A stretch of 33,500 bases of DNA from Gammaproteobacteria bacterium (lineage in GTDB: Bacteria > Pseudomonadota > Gammaproteobacteria > JAJDOJ01): contig JALVEU010000140.1 of NCBI GenBank assembly GCA_027030565.1, positions 1-33,500 on the forward strand, given 5' to 3'. The notes beneath the pieces were generated by a model. The model was not told the DNA's origin and ran no database searches. It saw only the letters and a program-made list of their open reading frames with translations. Made by a program: the position numbers and the translations under genes. Shown in pieces: positions 7,649-17,632 of the stretch (position 1 is its first letter; every line of letters starts with the position of its first letter).

Positions 7649-8341
7649 TCACTTGAGCCGCATCCGATGGGGGATCAGGGGCTGTTGCACCTGCTGCAAC
7701 AGGGCGGTGTGCTCACCCTCGGTCTCGGGCCCATGCAGGCCGTATTGCTGCGCCTCGCCCAGCACGTCCGTGGGCGTCTGCCAGCGCTCGCCGAACAGGG
7801 CCTGCTGATTGCCCAAGTAGTGGTCGTAACGCCGGTAGTAGTCCTTCCAGCTCTCGGCCTTGCCGGTCTTGATGAGGCCCATGAGCTTGCGCATGCCGGA
7901 AACCACCGCCTCGGGCCGCGGCATGCAGCCGGCGATGTAGAGGTCGACCGGCAGGTAGTCGGCCAAGACCTTGGCGGTGGCGTAGCTCTGCCAGTACATG
8001 CCCCCGTTGACCGTACACGAACAGATGCCGATGACGTACTTGGGCGCGGGCATCTGCTCGTAGGTGAGGATGATCCGTTTGAGCGTCTTGACCGAGACGT
8101 AGCCCGTCACCAGCAGGATGTCGGCCTGGCGCGGGGTGACCATGGGCTGAATCCCCAGGCGCTCCATGTCGAAGCGCGAGGTCATCGCCGGGGGCAGCTC
8201 GATGGCCCCGCACCCGGTGCAGTAGTGCAGCATGAACAGCGAGTGCGAGCGGCAGAAGCGCACGAACTCGTCGAAGACATGGGCCAACGGATTGGTCCGC
8301 TTGGCAAAGGCCCCTTCGGTCCGGACAGGCAGCTCTTTCAT
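7649..8341 (-). CDS. NuoB/MbxJ-like [4Fe-4S] subunit
   Basis: YCTGCGAIE, RFDMERLG, PRQADILLVTG, PKYVIGICSC, VDLYIAGCMPRPE. The ATG at 8341 overlaps the upstream TGA. Confidence 0.9.
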   Translation of the reverse strand: MKELPVRTEGAFAKRTNPLAHVFDEFVRFCRSHSLFMLHYCTGCGAIELPPAMTSRFDMERLGIQPMVTPRQADILLVTGYVSVKTLKRIILTYEQMPAPKYVIGICSCTVNGGMYWQSYATAKVLADYLPVDLYIAGCMPRPEAVVSGMRKLMGLIKTGKAESWKDYYRRYDHYLGNQQALFGERWQTPTDVLGEAQQYGLHGPETEGEHTALLQQVQQPLIPHRMRLK

Positions 8342-9225
8342 GACCACATCACCACCGCTAGGCCCAGCAGACCCGCCAGGACCGGCCACTTCCACAGCGA
8401 GCCCAGCATCTGCTCGGCCCGGTAGCGCGGAAACTGAAACGCGATCGTCATGGGGATGGCCACCACCAAGAAGGCCTTGACCAGAAAATCGATCCAGGTC
8501 ACGCCACCGCCCAGGAACAGGGTGGTGTACAGGATACCGGCCGTATACAGGGAGAAACTCTGCATCACGATCAGGCTCCCCAGATACTTGCCGCCCATCT
8601 CCACCATGGGACCGGTGGCGATCTCCGCCGGGGCCACGTAGATCTCGAAGGGCTGCTTGCCCAACATGCCCTGCAGGGCGAACAGCCCCGCAAACGCCAG
8701 CAGCGGCGCCTGGAACAGCCCCCAGCCATGGGCCTGCTGGTATTCGACCATCTGCACCAGGTTGGTGGTTCCATACATCCACGACATGCCGAAGATCACG
8801 ATCACGAACGGGATGTCGTAGGCCAGCATGGCGGTGAGCGCGCGGGAGATGCCGATGGAGGCATTGGGATTGGCGCACTGGCCGGCCGCCAGCGCCATGC
8901 CCAGCGACGGCACCATCAGGAAATAGATGAGCGTGATGACGTCCGTACGGTCGGCGATTCCCGTCATCCCCGGCACGGGAATCAATGTCTCGGCGGCGAT
9001 GTAGCCCCCCACCGCCACGATGATCCCCACGTCGTGGATGAGCCCGTGGGAGATCTGGGTCTGCTTGCCGAAGAACTTCACCACGTCGTACAGGGGCTGG
9101 AAGAACGGCGGACCCACACGCCGCTGAATCTTGGCGGCGATCTTGCGCATCATGAGGAGCATGGCGAGCCCCACCACGAAGGCCACCGCGGGCATCAGCA
9201 CCAGCTCGACGATCAGCGCCATCAT
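8338..9225 (-). CDS. NuoH/MbxM-like membrane subunit
   Basis: RKIAAKIQRRVGPPFFQPLYDVVK, KQPFEI..AEIATGPMVEMGG, FPRYR. About 8 hydrophobic segments. ATGA overlap at 9222-9225. Confidence 0.9.
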   Translation of the reverse strand: MMALIVELVLMPAVAFVVGLAMLLMMRKIAAKIQRRVGPPFFQPLYDVVKFFGKQTQISHGLIHDVGIIVAVGGYIAAETLIPVPGMTGIADRTDVITLIYFLMVPSLGMALAAGQCANPNASIGISRALTAMLAYDIPFVIVIFGMSWMYGTTNLVQMVEYQQAHGWGLFQAPLLAFAGLFALQGMLGKQPFEIYVAPAEIATGPMVEMGGKYLGSLIVMQSFSLYTAGILYTTLFLGGGVTWIDFLVKAFLVVAIPMTIAFQFPRYRAEQMLGSLWKWPVLAGLLGLAVVMWS

Positions 9226-11093
9226 GCCGCCACCCACCAGAGCGCCAGGACGGTCACCCCCAGGAGCCAGGCGGCAGGCTGAACCACCCGGTAGACCCCC
9301 GCGGCGGCCTGGGCCAGCAAGTCCGTGGCGGCGACCACGGAATCCTGCAGCCACTGGAAGCTGCCGCGATACCAGGGACCGATGCGGTGCATGAGCCCGG
9401 CATAGAAGTTGTCGCTGTAGTGGTAGCGCACCTCGGCGGTGAGAAAGTGGCCGCCGGCATAGTTGTCCAGTTGATGCACGGTGCGCGCCCGGCCGCCGGC
9501 CAGGAAGATCAAGGCCCCGACACCGAAGCCGGCGAACAGGATGCCCACCACCCAGAGCATGTCCAGCCCCCCGTCCGGCCTCTCCACACCCCCCAGGGTG
9601 GGCGCCAGCACGGCCAGCCCAAGCTCACGCTGCACCGTGGTCAGCCAGTCGAGGACCAGGCCCGGGGCGAGCCCCGTGACGAACACGATGAGGGAGAGGG
9701 CGAGCATGGGTGCCAACATGGACCCGGGGACCTCGCGCACCGACTCGTGCTCCACGCGCAACTGGCCCAGGAAGATGTTGTGCAGCAGCTTATAGACCGA
9801 GACGATGGTGCCCAGGGTACCCACCACCGCCGCCACGAAGAGCAGCGGCTGCCCGTCGTCGATGAGCGCCCGGTAGATGAGCCACTTGGACACGAAGCCA
9901 TTCATGGGTGGGAGCCCCGCCAGGCCGATGATCCCGACGAGCAGCACCAGGAAGGTCAGCGGCATGCGGGTGACCAGACCGCCCAGCTTGTTGAGATCGG
10001 CCGTGCCCGTGCGGTAGACCACCGCCGTGACCGCCATGAAGAGCGCCGCCTGATAGGTCGCATGGTTGAACACGTGCATCAAGCCCCCAGCGCTCGCCAG
10101 GGCATCCCCCATGGCCACCCCCATGAGCATGTAGCCGCCCTGCCCGATGCCGTGCCAGGCGAGGAGCCAGCGCGCATCGTTCTGCTTGAGCGCCGTGAAG
10201 GTCGGCAGGACGATGGTGAAGGCGGCGATCCAGGCCAGCAGCTCGTGGGCCTCCAATGGTGTCCACGGAATGCTGAGGGCCTTGAGCGTCCCCAGCCCCA
10301 GCACCCCGAACAGGGTGAGCAGCATGGCATACAGGCCCATGCGCGAAGAGATGGCCCCCAGGAACGCCGATCCGGGTCCCGGCGTCTCGGCGTAGGCGCC
10401 CGCCTGCCAGAGGTGGAAGGGCAACAGGCCCATCTTCACGCCGAAGCCACCGGACAACAGGATCACCAGGGACCACAAAGTCCCGGCAGAGAGGTCCGGC
10501 ACCACCGCCGCCAATGCGCCAAACTCGAACGAACCGGTGAGCGCATGGGACAACACCATCGCCGCCATGACCGCCATGGCCCCCCCGATGGCATACACCA
10601 GGTACCGCAGCGCCCAGCGCACCCCCACGCCCCCGGCTGCGAGCATCAGCACGAAGCTCGCCCAGCTCACCAGTTCCCAGCCCACGAACAGGGAGAGGAA
10701 GTCGCGGGAGGCCAGGAGCACGTACATGGTCGAGGGGTTCAGGGCCAGGGCGAGCTGCAGCAGGCGCAGATCACCACCTTGCTCGGCGTAGTGCCGCCCC
10801 CAGGCGCCACTCATGAACCACGCCGCCGCCAGCGCGGCACCCGCCGTGATCACGGCGAAGAACCACGACAGGGCCGTGAACTGCCAGCTCAGGCCGTACC
10901 CCAGAACGCTGAATGCGGGGGAGGCCGGCACCGGATCCGCCCCGTAGGCCAGCGGACCCATGAACGCCACCAGCAGGAACTGCACTCCATACAACGCAGT
11001 GAGCCACGGCCCAGCCGAGGGCGAGCGCCCGAAGAGCCCCGCGGCCAGGGCGGTCAGGGCAGAGGCCAACCAGAGCCCGTCCAGCAGCGTCAC
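9222..11093 (-). CDS. MrpD/NuoL-like proton-translocating antiporter subunit (MbxH'-like)
   Basis: LFVGWELVS, GVKMGLLPFHLW, FNHATYQ, GLAGLPPMNGFVSKW. The GTG at 11093 overlaps the upstream TGA, with GAGGGG upstream. Confidence 0.88.
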   Translation of the reverse strand: MTLLDGLWLASALTALAAGLFGRSPSAGPWLTALYGVQFLLVAFMGPLAYGADPVPASPAFSVLGYGLSWQFTALSWFFAVITAGAALAAAWFMSGAWGRHYAEQGGDLRLLQLALALNPSTMYVLLASRDFLSLFVGWELVSWASFVLMLAAGGVGVRWALRYLVYAIGGAMAVMAAMVLSHALTGSFEFGALAAVVPDLSAGTLWSLVILLSGGFGVKMGLLPFHLWQAGAYAETPGPGSAFLGAISSRMGLYAMLLTLFGVLGLGTLKALSIPWTPLEAHELLAWIAAFTIVLPTFTALKQNDARWLLAWHGIGQGGYMLMGVAMGDALASAGGLMHVFNHATYQAALFMAVTAVVYRTGTADLNKLGGLVTRMPLTFLVLLVGIIGLAGLPPMNGFVSKWLIYRALIDDGQPLLFVAAVVGTLGTIVSVYKLLHNIFLGQLRVEHESVREVPGSMLAPMLALSLIVFVTGLAPGLVLDWLTTVQRELGLAVLAPTLGGVERPDGGLDMLWVVGILFAGFGVGALIFLAGGRARTVHQLDNYAGGHFLTAEVRYHYSDNFYAGLMHRIGPWYRGSFQWLQDSVVAATDLLAQAAAGVYRVVQPAAWLLGVTVLALWWVAA

Positions 11094-12667
11094 GAGCGTG
11101 CCCCTCGAGTCGGCGACCCCGCCGGCCACCCATAGGCCCGATCAGCACGGCCCATCGGGCGATCGGAACCTCTGGAGGCGGGATGCGCTTCGCTGATGCG
11201 GTCTTCGCGCTGCCCGCGCCGGGCTACCGCGCGATCACCGAGCACGGTGCGTATATAGCCCTGGACGTCGGCCGCTTGCGCGGCCATGGCCTTCAGACCA
11301 TCGCCCAGCGGGTGCAGGGCGAATACGGAACCCACGAGCACCAGGCCGGCGAGGGAGGCCGTCACCAAGTCCAGCCCCCGATGCGGCCCGGGACTCGTGT
11401 AGCCGGCTTCACGCGCCAGTAGCACCGACAAGGTGCGAAACAGATAGGCCGCCTCCACAACCGTGGCCGCCATGACGGTCAGAGCGCCGAGCCACGCCAG
11501 TCCGGTGCCCAACCCCATCAGGCCCATCACGGTGAGGAGCTTGGCCCAGAAGCCCGGCAGGGGCGGCAACCCCACCAGCGACAGCGCGAACAGGATGAAC
11601 AGCCCGCTGGCCAGCCAGTGGCCGCGACCGGCGCCGCGCAGGCCTTCGATGGACCCGCCCCAACGCTCCGCCAACAGGAACAGCGCGGGCTTCACCAGCA
11701 GATGGTGCAGGGCCACGGCGAGCCCGGCGACGATGCCCGCCTCGCCCGGCACCGAGAAGGCGACGAACACGATGCCGAGCTGCCCGATGGACGAGAATGC
11801 GAACTGGCGCCGGAGGTCACGGGCCCGCCAGGCGGCCAGCTCGCCGGCCACGATGCCCAGCATGCCCAGCACCAGCATGAGTTGGGCCGCCTCGGGTTGC
11901 GGAAAGATCAACACCAAGATCCGCACCACCACCAGAACCGCGAGCTTGGACACCAGCCCCGCCAACAGCCCAGCCAGACGCCCGGATACGCTGCCATACA
12001 CCTCCGGCACCCAGCCGTTGACCGGGAACAGCTCGCCCTTGACCCCGAGGCCGATGAGCATGAGGGCAAAGGCCGCCAGCCCCACCGGGTCCTGGAGCCG
12101 CTCCGGGGCGAGTGTGGCCAGATGGGCCAGGTTCAACGTGCCGGTGCGCAGGTAGACGATGGTGATCCCGGCCAGCAGCAGCACCGAGCCCGCCGCGCTC
12201 AGCAGCAGGTAGCGCAGCGCGGCCCCCTGCGCCGCACCGGTACCGCGGCCGGCGATGAGCCCGAAGGAGGCCGCCGCCGTGAGCTCGTAGAAGACGTACA
12301 GGTTGAAGATGTCGCCGGAGAGCGCCAGACCGGTGGCCGAAGCGGTGAGCACCAGCGTGAGCGCGAACTGCTGCGGCGTGCCCTCGCGCGGCCACAACAG
12401 CAACGCCATGAGAGGCACCGCCAGCCCGAACAGCAGGGCCACGGCATCCAGATAGAAGACGATCCCCAGCGGGGGGCGGAAGCCGCCGATGGCAATGGCC
12501 ACCGTGCCACCGTCCAGGCGCGCCCATGCGACCCACAGGACGCCGATGCAGACGGCCAGCGTCCCCCAGCCCAGCCACTGTGCCAGGGCGCGCGAACTGC
12601 GCCCCAACGCTGGAGTCAGGAAGCCAGCGAGCAGGGGCAGGGCCACGGCCAGGACCACGAAGTTCAT
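11090..12667 (-). CDS. MrpD/NuoN-like antiporter subunit (MbxH-like) with a repeat-derived C-terminal tail
   Basis: GDIFNLYVFYEL, GVKGELFPVNGWVP, AFSSIGQLG, HHLLVKPALF, SLVGLPPLPGFWAK. Confidence 0.88.
   Translation of the reverse strand: MNFVVLAVALPLLAGFLTPALGRSSRALAQWLGWGTLAVCIGVLWVAWARLDGGTVAIAIGGFRPPLGIVFYLDAVALLFGLAVPLMALLLWPREGTPQQFALTLVLTASATGLALSGDIFNLYVFYELTAAASFGLIAGRGTGAAQGAALRYLLLSAAGSVLLLAGITIVYLRTGTLNLAHLATLAPERLQDPVGLAAFALMLIGLGVKGELFPVNGWVPEVYGSVSGRLAGLLAGLVSKLAVLVVVRILVLIFPQPEAAQLMLVLGMLGIVAGELAAWRARDLRRQFAFSSIGQLGIVFVAFSVPGEAGIVAGLAVALHHLLVKPALFLLAERWGGSIEGLRGAGRGHWLASGLFILFALSLVGLPPLPGFWAKLLTVMGLMGLGTGLAWLGALTVMAATVVEAAYLFRTLSVLLAREAGYTSPGPHRGLDLVTASLAGLVLVGSVFALHPLGDGLKAMAAQAADVQGYIRTVLGDRAVARRGQREDRISEAHPASRGSDRPMGRADRAYGWPAGSPTRGARS
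11132..11206. repeat. Degenerate copy of the 75-nt REP doublet inside the 3' end of the MbxH-like CDS
   Basis: Ungapped hand alignment to the reverse complement of 6896-6970 gives 60/75 identity, including part of the spacer (ggaacctc). Confidence 0.85.
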
Positions 12668-13095
12668 GCCGGACGCTCCACGGCCGGCGCGTTGCGGCTG
12701 GTCTCCGGCGGCAGGCCGGCGGCCGCGTCCAGGTCCTCGTGCAAGCGCGCCCGCAGGGTGCGCATCTCCACCGTCCCATAGGCGCGGCGCACGCGCAGCA
12801 CCAGGGCCAGGGCCAGGGCCTGCACGCCCACCCCGATGACGATGGCGGTGAGCACCAGGGCCTGGGGAATCGGGTCCACCATGGGCCCGGGAACCCGACC
12901 CTCCAGTAGAATGGGGGCGAACGCACCCTGACGAAAACCGGACAGCACCAGCAGCAGATTCACCCCAGCCTCGGCCACCGCCAGGGCCAGGACCAGACGC
13001 ACCAGATTGTCCCCCATCACCAGTCCGGCCAACCCGATGATGAGCAGGCTCACCGCACCCGTATACAGGACGATCTCCAGTGGGGGCAGGGTCAC
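12664..13095 (-). CDS. MrpC/NuoK-like subunit (MbxG-like)
   Basis: NLVRLVLAL..GVNLLLV, DPIPQALVLTAIVIG signature. The GTG start overlaps the upstream stop. Confidence 0.9.
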   Translation of the reverse strand: MTLPPLEIVLYTGAVSLLIIGLAGLVMGDNLVRLVLALAVAEAGVNLLLVLSGFRQGAFAPILLEGRVPGPMVDPIPQALVLTAIVIGVGVQALALALVLRVRRAYGTVEMRTLRARLHEDLDAAAGLPPETSRNAPAVERPA

Positions 13096-13787
13096 GGCTC
13101 AGCGGCCTCCGTCTCCTGCAGGGTGCTCATCAGGCCCGCGATCTCGGCGCCCACCTTGAGCCCTACGGCGATGTAGAGCAGCGGCAGGGTGCCGGCCGAA
13201 AACAGGCTGCCCAAGGCGCCCTTGCCCAGCATCGGTGCGAGGAAGTCGCCCTTCACCGCCAGTGCCCACAGGCCGATCAACACGAACGCCCCACCCGCCA
13301 GCCCCTCGACCCAGTTCACCACAGCGTGGTTCAGGCTGTCCCCAGGGCGGCCCAGCAGCGGCAGGAAGAAGGCGGCGGCGAGGATCACGCCCCCCTGGAA
13401 ACCGCCACCCGGAGTCAAATGGCCGTGCAGGACGATGTACAAACCCACGATCACCAGAAGCGGAAACAGGAGATCGGCCGCCGCCAGCAGGATGAACCCG
13501 CCCTCGGGATCGGGCCGCTGGTCGGCACGTCGTCTCATGCCCGAAAGGATCAGTCCCACGCCGGCGGCCGCCGCGAACAGGATTGAGAGCTCACCCAGGG
13601 TGTCGATACCGCGATAGGCCAGCACCACGGCGGTCACCAGGTTTGCCGCCCCAACGGCCTCGGGACCCTGGCCGAGGATCCCCTCTCCCGCGACCATGGG
13701 CGCCGCCCCCACCGGCAGATCCGCTGCGAGCACGAGCAGGAAGAAACCGAGGCCACCGGCAAACAGCAGCGAAGTGAAGTTACGCAT
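13092..13787 (-). CDS. MrpB/MnhB-like subunit (MbhE+MbhF-like)
   Basis: NLVTAVVLAYRGIDTLGE and HGHLTPGGGFQGG signatures. Confidence 0.9.
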   Translation of the reverse strand: MRNFTSLLFAGGLGFFLLVLAADLPVGAAPMVAGEGILGQGPEAVGAANLVTAVVLAYRGIDTLGELSILFAAAAGVGLILSGMRRRADQRPDPEGGFILLAAADLLFPLLVIVGLYIVLHGHLTPGGGFQGGVILAAAFFLPLLGRPGDSLNHAVVNWVEGLAGGAFVLIGLWALAVKGDFLAPMLGKGALGSLFSAGTLPLLYIAVGLKVGAEIAGLMSTLQETEAAEP

Positions 13788-14076
13788 CGTCGCCCGACCC
13801 CTGCAGGGAATCCCCCGGCCGCGGGTGGTTGTCGTCGCCGAGCCCCCAGAGGCCGAGGCGGCGCAGCGCCAACACCAGGATCACTCCGCTGAGACCCGCC
13901 CCCACCGCAGCCTCGGTCATGGCCACGTCCGGCGCGCGGATGATGACGAACACCACGGAGAGGGCCAACGAGACCACCGAAGAGGCCGCCACGGCGGCCA
14001 GCAGATTGGGCAGCAGCAATACCGCCAGGGCCGAGAGGATCATGATCGCCACCACCAGGACCGTGATCCAGTACAT
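13780..14076 (-). CDS. MbhD/DUF4040-like small membrane subunit (MbxD-like)
   Basis: APDVAMTEAAVGAG motif and three hydrophobic helices. TGATG overlap at 14074-14078, with GGAGG upstream. Confidence 0.85.
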   Translation of the reverse strand: MYWITVLVVAIMILSALAVLLLPNLLAAVAASSVVSLALSVVFVIIRAPDVAMTEAAVGAGLSGVILVLALRRLGLWGLGDDNHPRPGDSLQGSGDDA

Positions 14077-14396
14077 CAGCCCTCCTCCCGGGCCGGCGCT
14101 TCCCGGTCTTCCGGCGCCCGCCAGGGGCGCACGCCCGCGATGAGGAAGGCACGGGCCAGCGCCGACGAGCTCACCGGGCTCGTCACCAGGATGAAGCCGC
14201 CGATACAGACCAGCTTGGTCCACCACTCGGGGTGCAGGAAACCGATGCCGAGCAGAAACGACAGCGCGCCGAGGGTCACCGCCTTGGTGCCCGTCTGGAT
14301 GCGGTTGAATACGTCCGGCATGCGCACGAGCCCCAGTGCGCCCAGGAAGGAGAACGCCGCCCCGATCAGCAGGAACACGTCACCGACCCAGCGCAT
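14076..14396 (-). CDS. MrpG/MnhG-like subunit (MbxC-like)
   Basis: GALGLVRMPDVFNRIQTGTK..TLG and TSPVSSSALARA. GAGGTG lies before the ATG at 14396. Confidence 0.9.
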   Translation of the reverse strand: MRWVGDVFLLIGAAFSFLGALGLVRMPDVFNRIQTGTKAVTLGALSFLLGIGFLHPEWWTKLVCIGGFILVTSPVSSSALARAFLIAGVRPWRAPEDREAPAREEG

Positions 14397-14468
14397 GCAC
14401 CACACCTCTGCTGCGGCCCACCGCGCCGGCACCAGACCGGACCGAGCCGGCAGCCGCGGGCAGTGCTC

Positions 14469-14729
14469 TCACGAACGATTCCCTTCCACCACACGGGCCA
14501 GGGCCACCATGCCCACAAAGGAGAGCACGCCGTAGATCATGGCCACGTCGAGGTAGAGGGGGCTTTCGAACACCGCGGCAAAACCGGCCAGCGCCACGGT
14601 GGTCACCACCGAGACCATGTCGGCGCTCACAAAGCGGTCCGGGTTGGTGGGACCCACCACCAGGCGCCCCAGCCCCAGCAGCACGGCTGCACACAAGAGT
14701 ACGGTGGCGACGATCTCGACGGCGGTCAT
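14469..14729 (-). CDS. MrpF/MnhF-like subunit (MbxB-like)
   Basis: RLVVGPTNPDRFVSAD and YLDVAMIYGVLSFVG. GGAG lies before the ATG at 14729. Confidence 0.9.
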   Translation of the reverse strand: MTAVEIVATVLLCAAVLLGLGRLVVGPTNPDRFVSADMVSVVTTVALAGFAAVFESPLYLDVAMIYGVLSFVGMVALARVVEGNRS

Positions 14730-14819
14730 CGTATCTCCCTGGACGGCGACCCGTCCCCAGCTTGCCCGCAATCTACACCGATCGGGCGGCCCGCTACTGA
14801 TCTGGATCAGACCCGATGT

Positions 14820-15332
14820 CTACTGGAGAAAACCCCGAATGTGGCGTTCGAAGCCCGCAGCGATCCGCCGGGTGGCCGACTCCAGATCGGTACCGGGTGA
14901 GGCGTCGATCCAATGGACCAGTATCCGGTCCCCACGCACGTCCACCGACAACGTACCCGGCGTCAGTGTAATGCTGTTGGCCAGTAAGAGCCGCCCAAGA
15001 CGTGATTTCAGCCCGGTCCGCACCTCCACCACCGCCGGCCGGATGGGCAACGACGGCGACAAGACACGTCTGGCCACGTCCAGATTGGCGCGCACCAGGG
15101 CGTAGAAGAAATAGCCGAGATAGGCGACCAGGGCAACGGCTGCCGAAGGCACCAGGCGCACCCCGCCGAGGATGGCGAGCCGCGGCCCTGCGACCGCCAT
15201 GGTCGCCGCCACCACCAGCACCCCGGCGAGCAGTTCCTGTCCGTCGGACGTGCCGGTGAGCAGGACCCAGAGCAGCATGCCCGCAGCAAAACCGACCACG
15301 TACTGGGACAGACGGGGCGAGACTTCGGTCAT
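14820..15332 (-). CDS. MrpE/MnhE-like subunit (MbxA-like)
   Basis: ANLDVARRVL..P and LLANSITLTPGTLSVD signature. The start at 15332 has GGGGAG upstream; an alternative ATG is at 15347. Confidence 0.9.
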   Translation of the reverse strand: MTEVSPRLSQYVVGFAAGMLLWVLLTGTSDGQELLAGVLVVAATMAVAGPRLAILGGVRLVPSAAVALVAYLGYFFYALVRANLDVARRVLSPSLPIRPAVVEVRTGLKSRLGRLLLANSITLTPGTLSVDVRGDRILVHWIDASPGTDLESATRRIAAGFERHIRGFLQ

Positions 15333-15389
15333 GGATCCACTCCCCATAGTGGTCGCCCGGCCACTGAGGACCGGGCCTTCCGGAAGGCC

Positions 15390-15417
15390 AGTCTAGGCCT
15401 TTCTTTCCCGATTGCAA
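15390..15417 (-). promoter_or_regulatory. Candidate sigma70 promoter of the mbx-like operon
   Basis: The minus strand reads TTGCAA-N16-TAGACT, immediately followed by the perfect palindrome ggccttccggaaggcc (15374-15389). Confidence 0.4.
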
Positions 15418-15464
15418 GGTCGGGTCCCGGCCTGGTCCATCGGAGACATCCGGGCGCGACGGGT

Positions 15465-15480
15465 TGCACACCGGATGCCA
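15465..15480 (-). promoter_or_regulatory. Candidate sigma54 (-24/-12) promoter of the mbx-like operon
   Basis: The minus strand reads TGGCAT-CCGGT-GTGCA: GG-N10-GC spacing, one mismatch to TGGCAY-N5-TTGCW. Confidence 0.35.
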
Positions 15481-15528
15481 CGTCCCACCCGCCGCCGGGC
15501 ACCCAGACCCTTGGCCCATGAGCGAGGC

Positions 15529-16362
<834 letters not shown>

Positions 16363-16466
16363 TCACAACGGGGACGCAGCAGACCTGCAGCGCGGGCCAG
16401 GCACCGATGCAGGATGCATCTCCCCATTTATGCCAACGGCTCCGCGTTCTGCGTGCGAAATCCCCC

Positions 16467-17612
16467 TCAGCCCGAGATGCGCTGCTTGATTTCGTCGAAG
16501 AAATGTTTCACGCCGTCCAGCCACCCGTGGGCTCGGGGGCTGTGGCGCCTGCCACCCCGGCGCATGGTCTCGTCCAGTTCTTCCAGGAGCTCGCGCTGGC
16601 GGCGGGTCAGGTTCACCGGCGTCTCCACGACCACCGTGCAGATGAGATCTCCTGCCGGCCCACCACGCACCGGCCGTACACCCTTGCCTCGCATACGGAA
16701 CTGCTTGCCGGACTGGGTTCCCTCGGGGATCTTGAGCAACACCCGACCCTCCAGTGTGGGAACCTCCACCTCCCCGCCCAGGGCGGCCGTGGTGATGGAA
16801 ACCGGCACCTCACAGAGCAGATCGTTGCCCTCGCGGTGGAACAGCGGATGCGGCCTGACCCGCACCTGTACGTACAGGTCTCCCGGCGGACCGCCATTCT
16901 CTCCGGGCTCCCCTTCGCCGGCCAGGCGTACACGGTCACCGCTGTCCACGCCCGGCGGGATGCGCACGGCCAGGGTCCGCTCCTCACGCACGTAGCCGCT
17001 GCCCCGGCAGGCGCGACACGGCTCCCGCACGACCCGTCCAGAACCACCGCAGTGCGGGCAGGTCTGCTGCACCGAGAAGAACCCCTGCTGCATGCGCACC
17101 TGTCCCACCCCACCGCAGGTGGGGCAGGCCTCCGGCGCGGTGCCCGGGGCCGCACCCGTTCCGTGGCACACCTCACACACCGCCTTGGAAGGGACCCGGA
17201 TCTTGACCTCGGTACCGAAGACGGCCTCCTCCAGGCTCAGCTCCACGGTGAACTGCAGGTCCGAACCGCGGCGCGCACGGCGCGTGCTCCCACGCGCACC
17301 ACCGCCGAAGATGTCTCCGAAGATGTCCTCGAAGATGTCTCCGAAACCGCCGCGGAATCCACCGCCACCGAAGCCCCCGCCCGCCCCCGGAGCCTCCGTA
17401 TGGCCGAACTGGTCGTAGGCGGCGCGTTTCCGGGAGTCGGACAGGCAGGCATACGCCTCCTGGATCTCTTTGAAGCGTGCCTCGGCTTCGGGGTTATCGG
17501 GATTGCGGTCGGGGTGATACTTCATGGCCAGCCGGCGATAGGCCTTCTTGATCTCGGCCTCGCTGGCCGTGCGCGACACGCCCAGAATCTCGTAGTAGTC
17601 CTTCTTCGCCAT
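16467..17612 (-). CDS. dnaJ: Chaperone DnaJ
   Basis: J domain with HPD, G/F-rich region, four CxxCxGxG zinc-finger repeats. Confidence 0.98.
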   Translation of the reverse strand: MAKKDYYEILGVSRTASEAEIKKAYRRLAMKYHPDRNPDNPEAEARFKEIQEAYACLSDSRKRAAYDQFGHTEAPGAGGGFGGGGFRGGFGDIFEDIFGDIFGGGARGSTRRARRGSDLQFTVELSLEEAVFGTEVKIRVPSKAVCEVCHGTGAAPGTAPEACPTCGGVGQVRMQQGFFSVQQTCPHCGGSGRVVREPCRACRGSGYVREERTLAVRIPPGVDSGDRVRLAGEGEPGENGGPPGDLYVQVRVRPHPLFHREGNDLLCEVPVSITTAALGGEVEVPTLEGRVLLKIPEGTQSGKQFRMRGKGVRPVRGGPAGDLICTVVVETPVNLTRRQRELLEELDETMRRGGRRHSPRAHGWLDGVKHFFDEIKQRISG

Positions 17613-17632
17613 AATGGTCCGTCAGACACACC

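Noticed and set aside
9222-15332. Stand-alone Mrp Na+/H+ antiporter operon
   Set aside because: The order is E-F-G-(D)-B-C-D-D' with no intact mrpA first, and it is translationally coupled to the NuoH/B/C/D/I-like genes.
16422-16430. CCCCATTTA sigma32 -10 element between dnaJ and dapB
   Set aside because: It is on the strand opposite the genes and has no TTGAA at the right spacing.
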